DNA of 64,000 nucleotides from a virus (lineage: Duplodnaviria > Caudoviricetes), in IMG/VR virus record IMGVR_UViG_3300021431_000075, positions 576,001 to 640,000 of that record; one strand, written 5' to 3'. The translations under genes and the position numbers were made by a program. The notes beneath the pieces are model-generated. The model saw only the letters and a list, made by a program, of their open reading frames with translations. It was not told where the DNA came from and made no database searches. Shown one piece after another: positions 32,218-39,403 of the stretch (position 1 is the first letter of the stretch; each line of letters opens with the position of its first letter).

Positions 32218-32298
32218 TAAGTTCTACTCTTTCCCTTAGTTAGTGTAAGTTTCTGTGCATTAGAGAATTGTAAGTAGTTATATGCCGCATCAAACACG

Positions 32299-32312
32299 CC
32301 TGAATAAGAAAC
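32299..32312 (+). repeat. Inner-family site S8
   Basis: Exact CCTGAATAAGAAAC. Confidence 0.8.
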
Positions 32313-32355
32313 CTTGCAGTTTTGTAATTTTAATACTAAAAGTAAGCATTTGCAA

Positions 32356-34836
32356 ATGAGCACTAACATAACCAAGATGAGAGTTAAGGGAGTCATTTAC
32401 AACCTTAATGGAAAGTTATATGACACAACTGGTTCTAATACAGATGGTTCAATAACACAATCTGCATTAACTAACAAGTTCAATGCAATTGAAGAAGATA
32501 TTGATGGTGCTGGCGGATTTGTTGAACTTGATTATAGCATAGAACCTCTTTCATCTCAAACTCGCGTTGGATTCATAAACTCAAGCAATCAGTGGAAAAC
32601 TGGAACCGCATCTTCAAATAACTTCATCATCGTAGATATAAGAAACTACCGTGGCTGGAAACTCACTACTCTTCGTTCAGCAGATCAGTTCGCATGGTTG
32701 ACAAGAGACGACAATCCATTTACTGATGGAGCCACACCTGCGTTTGTTTCTGGAACCGGAAGATTCGGCACTGGTGAATTGACAGATGAAATTATACCGG
32801 ATGCAGCATCATATTTGTATGTTTATATAGCATCCGGTTCATCCAAACCAATGCTTACTTTTACAAAAGAACACATAAACGGAATAAAGGACAAGATAAG
32901 CATTCTTGAAGATTCTGCAATAACAAAAGACATATTGTTTGAAAAAGCAAAGGGAAAGAATCTCATTGATGAAAGTAATGTTATTTTTGATGCAAGACCT
33001 GGCGGCACAAATGGAAAAATACAGGCAGATTCAACTCTCAACATAGCAATGACGCAGCTTATAGAAGTTACTCCGGGTGTTACATATTCATTAAGCGGTC
33101 AGTTTTATGGAAATGGATACGGGGCATACTATGGTGAAAACGCTACAACAGAAATAGGTCAAACTGGCATTGAGATGATTTCAACAGTTCTTGCGCCTCT
33201 CGGCGATGGTCGCGTATTTACTGTTCCGAATAACAATAACATAAAGTATGTCATTATAGTTCTAAAAGCGCAAAATCATAATCAGCTTTTGGGTTCATGT
33301 CAGCTTGAACGCGGCGAAGTTCCAACTGCATATGAACCTTATACTGAAAACGACAAGATTAAAGAGGAATTTCTTCCTGAATATAGTAGTTACGAAACAA
33401 GCGATACCATGCTTGATTATTATACAGACATAACCACATTGACATATCCGAATATTAGCGACAAGTTTCCTAATTTCAGAGAACATTGGATTCTGAAAGA
33501 CAAGGACTTGGTTGTTGTTAATACAGGAACTTCATTAACTGCAAGAACAATCGAGCATTGTACAGAAAGAGAAGATGCTGCATATAGACCGCCATTGCTT
33601 CATAGCAATAACATCGCCAGTATGATTTGGGATAAGATAAAATGGGAAGGTCAAGAATACAGAAGATATGATTCGAAGACAGAACATGATGGTTCAACGA
33701 ATATGTTTACGGAAACCGGAACATTCGCAACATCATTCAACTTATCAGAATGGGATGATGGCGGTTTCAGAAACGGTTTGACAAGATATGCAAGTGGTAG
33801 TTGTTCTGTTCAATTTACAATACCCGCTGATGCTCATCAGTTTAATTTCATTTATAGAACTGATTCTGTAGGCAGCACGGCATGTACGGTTAGTGTGACA
33901 AGCGGAACGGTTCAAATATATAACGGAAGCGGATGGATTGAAGCAAACGGTTTTAGTTTCAGTATGCGAGAAAGCGCAGTAACTACATTGCCGAGCGTAA
34001 CATACAAGAATCCATACACCGGTTCTAATGAAACAATAGAAAATGTTCAAGTAAAGGGAAATACCACGTATCAGAAGAGGCTTAAGTTTAGAGCGGTTAG
34101 CAATTCTGCAGCAAAGACTATAACAATAAGTAGTTCTTCTGGAAGATTTATGTACTGGGGAGTTGAATATTCTCCGAGAGATTATATGATTACTTATATA
34201 AATGCTGCACGTGGAGAGCATTCTTCAAGACTTGACAACCCGGATGGGACATTGAAACTTCTAATAAATTATCAAGATAATGAAATATGGGATTTCAATC
34301 CAGATTTAATATGCGCGGAAGATCCTATTCATAATTACGGCGGAGCAAAACTCGGTGAATATCATACAAAAACATTCTTTGCACAAGCAAGCGAAAACTT
34401 TTTCTTTGCAGATAATGGAATAAGCATGCTCTCAAGATTAAACACTCTTGGGAAGAATGTCCCTGAATTTATCATTCATAACTCATCTGTATGTAGGAAT
34501 TTTTTGACAGAAAACAATGTTTCACTTCTGGTTAATGGAGACTTGCCGGTAGTTCACATAAAAGATGGTTCAACTAATAAGATTGGATGGACCGCGCTTG
34601 ATGCACAAAGTAGCATTTATCTTTATATGCTTGAAAATCATTCAAACATCATCTATATAAACGCGTTTAGAAACTGGATTGAAGCGTGCAACAAATGCTA
34701 TGGAAATCTTGAGAATGCTACAACAGGAACCGGAAAGAACGGAAACACTTTCTCTGATGAAGGCTCTCATTATAATGATACTGGATGCAAAGTTATGGCA
34801 AGAGTGATATTGCCGGTTTTTGATTTTATCGTTTAG
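32356..34836 (+). CDS. Inner cassette 8: fibre-like protein with divergent SGNH-like domain
   Basis: Start reassigned to MSTNITKMRVKG; TGTSLT, INAARG, EGSHYNDTG blocks. Confidence 0.65.
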   Translation: MSTNITKMRVKGVIYNLNGKLYDTTGSNTDGSITQSALTNKFNAIEEDIDGAGGFVELDYSIEPLSSQTRVGFINSSNQWKTGTASSNNFIIVDIRNYRGWKLTTLRSADQFAWLTRDDNPFTDGATPAFVSGTGRFGTGELTDEIIPDAASYLYVYIASGSSKPMLTFTKEHINGIKDKISILEDSAITKDILFEKAKGKNLIDESNVIFDARPGGTNGKIQADSTLNIAMTQLIEVTPGVTYSLSGQFYGNGYGAYYGENATTEIGQTGIEMISTVLAPLGDGRVFTVPNNNNIKYVIIVLKAQNHNQLLGSCQLERGEVPTAYEPYTENDKIKEEFLPEYSSYETSDTMLDYYTDITTLTYPNISDKFPNFREHWILKDKDLVVVNTGTSLTARTIEHCTEREDAAYRPPLLHSNNIASMIWDKIKWEGQEYRRYDSKTEHDGSTNMFTETGTFATSFNLSEWDDGGFRNGLTRYASGSCSVQFTIPADAHQFNFIYRTDSVGSTACTVSVTSGTVQIYNGSGWIEANGFSFSMRESAVTTLPSVTYKNPYTGSNETIENVQVKGNTTYQKRLKFRAVSNSAAKTITISSSSGRFMYWGVEYSPRDYMITYINAARGEHSSRLDNPDGTLKLLINYQDNEIWDFNPDLICAEDPIHNYGGAKLGEYHTKTFFAQASENFFFADNGISMLSRLNTLGKNVPEFIIHNSSVCRNFLTENNVSLLVNGDLPVVHIKDGSTNKIGWTALDAQSSIYLYMLENHSNIIYINAFRNWIEACNKCYGNLENATTGTGKNGNTFSDEGSHYNDTGCKVMARVILPVFDFIV

Positions 34837-34857
34837 TTTTATTAAATACAAAAAATG

Positions 34858-34895
34858 AAGGATTCTTAAAGTTTTGTTTCAAGAATCCTTTTTTT
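34858..34895. terminator. Bidirectional terminator
   Basis: AAGGATTCTT...AAGAATCCTT plus T-tract between convergent cassettes. Confidence 0.7.
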
Positions 34896-34914
34896 GATTA
34901 TAAATTTAATCAAT

Positions 34915-36021
34915 TTAATTATCAATATAAATCTCTGCAGAAGGGAAATTAGCGAATGGGATTTCTACAATATAGGAATTGTTACCTAATGATATGAGAT
35001 TCCTATTGCTTGTGATAGATTTTCCTTGCAACGGTGTTCCCGATGTAGAAAATTTCACACTAATTGGAACTTGCAAGAGTTCTGTATTTACATTCAATGT
35101 ATTTTGTGTTTCAAGACGAATTGATAATCTGTTTGTCGAGTCGTACTTTGGTGAATACATCACAGCTTTTGTTATAATACTACGATATACGAAATAAGCA
35201 AGTGCTTCACCATATCCAGCAAAATATATTTCATTGTTTGTATTCTTATTTGCAAGCATTTGAAAATACTGACGATAAATAGAGCCTTCTGCATCTATCG
35301 TGGTTACTGTTTCTCCACATGCTTGTTCATTTGCTAAGATTGTGTGCCAATGAGTGAAATTATTTAACCAACCGCCATTAAGAAGTGTTTCATCTATCTT
35401 TGCAGCAACAGTGTTAAGATATGAAATACCTATCGGATTGTCACCATTTGATGGGAATGCAGTATCATGCCATCTAAATGTACTTTCTTTGCTAATAAAT
35501 CGTGCTATTGAATAAGGCATATTATTCGGTGTTCCATAACCGACACCATAATCAGTTTCACCGCTTATTCCTGAATTCCTTCCACCAAGCCAATATCCAT
35601 CACTTTCTGCATAAGATTTGAAAGTCTGATTACCATAAGAGTAAGAAAACGCATTAGGCACTCTACCATACTGTTCAACAAACCTTGGTATATGATAATC
35701 ATCTCTATATTCATTATACATATCTTCTGATATGATACCACTGGTTGTACTTGGGTTTGCATTTGGGGTCCAGAAATAAACATCTGGCCAAAATAAGTTA
35801 TTATCTATTAGTTCATGTATTTTTTCAGTTGCTTCGTTTCCATAATTAGTATAATACATAAACGCGCCAACTTTAATGCCAAAATCTTCTGCAAGGTTCA
35901 AGACGCCAATAGAACCATTTTGAACTTGGTCGCTTTGTTCTGTATATGTCATCTTTTTGCCTAATCTATGAGCACATATTTCTACATCATAGTCTTTTCG
36001 TGGGAAAAATATTACATTCAT
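34915..36021 (-). CDS. Cassette C second gene: polysaccharide-deacetylase-like protein
   Basis: PNAFSYSYG and GGWLNNFTHWH resemble NodB-fold motifs; divergent. Confidence 0.45.
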   Translation of the reverse strand: MNVIFFPRKDYDVEICAHRLGKKMTYTEQSDQVQNGSIGVLNLAEDFGIKVGAFMYYTNYGNEATEKIHELIDNNLFWPDVYFWTPNANPSTTSGIISEDMYNEYRDDYHIPRFVEQYGRVPNAFSYSYGNQTFKSYAESDGYWLGGRNSGISGETDYGVGYGTPNNMPYSIARFISKESTFRWHDTAFPSNGDNPIGISYLNTVAAKIDETLLNGGWLNNFTHWHTILANEQACGETVTTIDAEGSIYRQYFQMLANKNTNNEIYFAGYGEALAYFVYRSIITKAVMYSPKYDSTNRLSIRLETQNTLNVNTELLQVPISVKFSTSGTPLQGKSITSNRNLISLGNNSYIVEIPFANFPSAEIYIDN

Positions 36022-36028
36022 AATAACA

Positions 36029-37354
36029 TTAAATCTTTACCTTAATTGTGTAGTTTGTGCTATCAATGTAAGCATATCCAGTTTCAATATTTGTGCCGTC
36101 GCTTACTGGTAAGTCAGCAAGTAAATTCTCGATTGTTGGCGTTTCGGATTCGCCTCCATCTTCACTACTTCCACCACTGTTGTTGGAACCTTTAATCGCA
36201 TAACCCTTTATTTTTGATATTTCTTGCATAAACGGTTCAAATGATGGTAAAGTATTACCTTCACAAATCATCAATTCATCATAAGGTGTTTCCCAATCTT
36301 GAGGAATTGTACTACTATTTGACTTTATATTAAAAAGAAGATATGCAGCATTATTCGGAGATGTGAGTGTTTTTGGAGATAAAAAACCTTTTGGATCTGA
36401 AAAAATATATGGAGAAGTGCCGCTTAATTCAATTTTTGCATCATTTGAATCACGGAAAACAAAATAACCAGCACGTCCGAGATAAAAACCACCGAATGTA
36501 TAATCTGTATTTGGTTTAATTGCAATCCTAATATAACTCCAATCAGAACCGTTTGTAATATTACCAGTATTTGAAATGTATTTTCCTTCAACAATATTAT
36601 TTGTCTTGTCTGCAAGATTCTTTCCGCTCGGTTCCAGAGTTAAATCATTATTATCTATATATTCTGTTAAATCAGAATGTTGTACATATTGCTGTAATGA
36701 TGTAGATAATAAAGGATTAACTATATCTTCAATTTGTGAATTTGGAACTTTCAGTTCATATCCTTTTATTTTATTGACATAACTATAATAAGGTTTAAAA
36801 GAAGGTAAAGTATTACCTTCACAAAGCATCAATTCATCATAAGGCGTTTGCCAATCTTGAGGAATTGTGCTACTGTCTGATTTTATATCAAAAAGAAGGT
36901 ATGCGGCATTACTTGGAGTTGTGATTGTTTTGGGAGACAAAAAACCGTTTGGGTCTTTAAAGGCATATTGAGATGTTCCGCTTAATTCAATTTTTGCATC
37001 ATTCGTGTCATGAAAAACAAAATAGCCTGTCCGTCCGAGATAAAAACCACCGAATGTATAATTTGTGTTTGGCTTGATTACAATCCTAATATAACTCCAA
37101 TCAGAACCGTTTGCAATATTACCAGTATTTGTAATGTATTTTCCTTCAATAATATTTGTCTTGTTTGCAAGATTGTCACTTGCAACGATTGACAAATCAT
37201 CATTACTTATAAACTTCTCATTTACTTCATCAATAACATCTTGAATATTGTCAGCATCTAAACCACTTGTAGATGAATCATAAGATACTAAAGAAGCAAC
37301 TGTGCTTATAGTATAATCACGTTCTTCAACATTTATCTTCGTTACATTAGCCAT
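36029..37354 (-). CDS. Outer cassette C: fibre-like protein with a tandemly duplicated ~140-aa domain
   Basis: MANVTKINVEERDYTI N-terminus; near-identical repeats at ~36749-37174 and ~36191-36619. Confidence 0.65.
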   Translation of the reverse strand: MANVTKINVEERDYTISTVASLVSYDSSTSGLDADNIQDVIDEVNEKFISNDDLSIVASDNLANKTNIIEGKYITNTGNIANGSDWSYIRIVIKPNTNYTFGGFYLGRTGYFVFHDTNDAKIELSGTSQYAFKDPNGFLSPKTITTPSNAAYLLFDIKSDSSTIPQDWQTPYDELMLCEGNTLPSFKPYYSYVNKIKGYELKVPNSQIEDIVNPLLSTSLQQYVQHSDLTEYIDNNDLTLEPSGKNLADKTNNIVEGKYISNTGNITNGSDWSYIRIAIKPNTDYTFGGFYLGRAGYFVFRDSNDAKIELSGTSPYIFSDPKGFLSPKTLTSPNNAAYLLFNIKSNSSTIPQDWETPYDELMICEGNTLPSFEPFMQEISKIKGYAIKGSNNSGGSSEDGGESETPTIENLLADLPVSDGTNIETGYAYIDSTNYTIKVKI

Positions 37355-37374
37355 TTTCTGATGATGAAGTCATT

Positions 37375-37452
37375 TTATTGTTCTTCTATTGATACTGTTT
37401 CAACTGAGTTTTCTTCAAAATCAGCATCCTTGATGATTAAAAGTTTTCCCAT
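37375..37452 (-). CDS. 25-aa leader micro-ORF MGKLLIIKDADFEENSVETVSIEEQ
   Basis: Manual translation; paralogue of the other three. Confidence 0.7.
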   Translation of the reverse strand: MGKLLIIKDADFEENSVETVSIEEQ

Positions 37453-37477
37453 TGATTGCACTCTTATTTTTAGAAGT

Positions 37478-37501
37478 TTGTTTCTAAACAGGTAAGTTTC
37501 G
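37478..37501 (-). repeat. Outer-family site L2
   Basis: Perfect 24-bp inverted repeat with 39221-39244 flanking the recombinase gene. Confidence 0.85.
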
Positions 37502-37534
37502 CTTTTTTATGATTGTAAAATTTACAGTCATAAC

Positions 37535-37568
37535 AAAAGAGAGAGCGAACATCAATCCGCTCTCTCTT
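37535..37568 (-). terminator. Recombinase terminator insulating cassette C
   Basis: AAGAGAGAGCG...CGCTCTCTCTT stem between recombinase stop and L2. Confidence 0.7.
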
Positions 37569-37594
37569 GTATACATTAAAAATAAAATAATCAA

Positions 37595-38587
37595 TCAATC
37601 ATTCCAGCATACGTACTTTCCAAACGCGCTTTCCGATTTATGTCCAGATGCGCGTCTCACTTCTTCGTTGTGCAACCCACGTTTGATTGCATTTGTAATC
37701 ATCGTTCTTCTTGCCGTATGTGAACTGATAAGCTCATAGAACTTGTATGTCACTTTCTTCAGTTCCCCGTTCTGCTTATACTCGTATACGATCTCATCAT
37801 CAAAACCGGCAAGTTTGAACAGTAAGTGAAGATACTTGTTATAGTTCTCTGTGCCTCCCTTGTATGGATTCGTATAGTTATACTTCATAAGAAGTCCCTC
37901 TATTATTTTTGGATATGGAGCTATCCTTTTCAAATCTATGACTGCTTTGTTTCCTGTTTTCTTCTGAATAATCGTAAGAACGTTGTTATTGAACATCGTC
38001 TTGTCGATTCTTTCGATGTCAGATATTCTCTGTCCAAGCGCGCATGAAATGACAAACTGGTCCCTGACTTTCGTAAGAGTCTGCTTGAGCTGTGGTCTCA
38101 CGTCAAGAGTGCTTATGTCAAAATATGTTATTCTGGATACTTCATCTTGCGTCAAAGCAATCTTTGGTCTCTTGTCGCTACCCGGCATGTAACAGTCTTC
38201 CAGTGTTGGAGACACTTTCGCCCCGTACTTGGCAGACCATTTCAGAACTGCCGAAATCTTGCAGCAGATGTTGTTGATTGTGCTTGTTGCAAGGTTCTTC
38301 TGAAGAAGGTAAGTATGAAATTGCTGCCAGAACACATCTCCGATTACAATCGGGTAAAGAACGATTTCATTCTCGTTCTGGATATTCATCAAGTGCATCT
38401 TCACTTGAGAGTATCTCCGTTCAGCTGCTTTCGTTGATGCTTTTGAGCGAATCTTCACATACTGGTCAATACATTCAAGAACCGTTGCATTCTTGAGATT
38501 GATAAAATGGTTAAATTTGTCCGTGTCTGCAAAGATTTTAAAATTTGGACACTTCTTTTCCGGTTCTTCCGATTTTATATCTGCCAT
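37595..38587 (-). CDS. Tyrosine recombinase (Bacteroidota-type integrase family), putative invertase
   Basis: Catalytic signature GQRISD (R), QKKTG (K), SHTARR (HxxR), SGH, and Y in FGKYV. Confidence 0.92.
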   Translation of the reverse strand: MADIKSEEPEKKCPNFKIFADTDKFNHFINLKNATVLECIDQYVKIRSKASTKAAERRYSQVKMHLMNIQNENEIVLYPIVIGDVFWQQFHTYLLQKNLATSTINNICCKISAVLKWSAKYGAKVSPTLEDCYMPGSDKRPKIALTQDEVSRITYFDISTLDVRPQLKQTLTKVRDQFVISCALGQRISDIERIDKTMFNNNVLTIIQKKTGNKAVIDLKRIAPYPKIIEGLLMKYNYTNPYKGGTENYNKYLHLLFKLAGFDDEIVYEYKQNGELKKVTYKFYELISSHTARRTMITNAIKRGLHNEEVRRASGHKSESAFGKYVCWND

Positions 38588-38627
38588 GACGACTTTATTT
38601 AATTGTAATTATTGTTGTTTGTGTCTG

Positions 38628-38635
38628 CAAAATTA
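38628..38635 (-). promoter_or_regulatory. Bacteroidota-type -7 box TAATTTTG upstream of recombinase
   Basis: Matches TAnnTTTG followed by CA, as at 29383 and 58221. Confidence 0.55.
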
Positions 38636-38768
38636 TAATTTTAATCTCAAAGAAGAAATTATACGGAACATATTTGAGAAAAATTTAACTTTAATTAAGC
38701 CAATTTGTAGTTTTGTCTATTCAAAATGAAGAAATCTCTCATTTTTAAGCGTTCAAAATAAAAGCAAA

Positions 38769-38776
38769 GATAAATA
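38769..38776 (+). promoter_or_regulatory. Distal late-promoter-like GATAAATA in the outer switch
   Basis: Context GCAAAGATAAATA identical to 26031-26043 (minus strand). Confidence 0.5.
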
Positions 38777-39132
38777 AAATCAGAAGGATTGATACTATCG
38801 AGCATGATGCGAGTGGCTTTGTAAAATGCATTAGATTGCAGACGCAAGGTTTCATTCTAACGAGTTTGAAAAGACATTCCGTCAAGAAACCTCCGGTTTT
38901 TCTATTAGGCTGGAAAGTTTCGCCGGGAATCATCACCGGACTTTACAGAGGATTTTCCGCACATCGCATATGTCTGTAGATAATGTACGTGCTAATATCT
39001 ATAATAGATTTGTTTTTGATGAGACTCTTCGCAAGTCTGCATGAAATGACAATTTTCTCATAAAACGACAATGGTTCTATTTAGTGTTTCTTCACGACAG
39101 TCAGCAAATAAAAACAATGCTAAAAACGTTAA

Positions 39133-39140
39133 GATAAATA
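39133..39140 (+). promoter_or_regulatory. Proximal late-promoter-like GATAAATA in the outer switch
   Basis: Context AAGATAAATAnTAAAAT shared with the 25890 motif; ~80 nt from site R2. Confidence 0.6.
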
Positions 39141-39220
39141 CTAAAATAATGATTATTCGAACTGATGCTGTGATGAACATTTCAGAGAAGAATATCCGTT
39201 TCGATAACAAGTTTGAAAAA

Positions 39221-39244
39221 CGAAACTTACCTGTTTAGAAACAA
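39221..39244 (+). repeat. Outer-family site R2
   Basis: CGAAACTTACCTGTTTAGAAACAA. Confidence 0.85.
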
Positions 39245-39307
39245 TCGTTAAAAATACTAACACTCTTGTTTTAATCATTTTAAAATAACATTTGTAGAAA
39301 AGTTTTC

Positions 39308-39382
39308 ATGGGAAAGATTGTTATTATCAAGGATGCAGATTTTGAAGAAAATTCAATAGAAAGAACATCATCAAATCAATAA
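39308..39382 (+). CDS. 24-aa leader micro-ORF MGKIVIIKDADFEENSIERTSSNQ
   Basis: Manual translation; paralogue of the other three. Confidence 0.7.
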   Translation: MGKIVIIKDADFEENSIERTSSNQ

Positions 39383-39403
39383 AAATGTTTCTATTAACAA
39401 AAG

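Noticed and set aside
12458-32396. Extended N-termini in the ORF track (starts 12517, 12652, 16983, 32314, 32396)
   Set aside because: They read through the repeated leaders and sites; paralogous MxxNVTK starts define the likely ATGs, and 32314/32396 would overlap head-to-head
36191-37174. Repeat pair as DGR template/variable repeat
   Set aside because: Both copies are in frame in one ORF, differences are not adenine-specific, and no reverse transcriptase is in the window
37595-38587. Recombinase as a prophage integrase or IS/Tn boundary marker
   Set aside because: It is embedded among phage genes, and its flanking repeats recur in front of paralogous cassettes rather than forming an attL/attR pair
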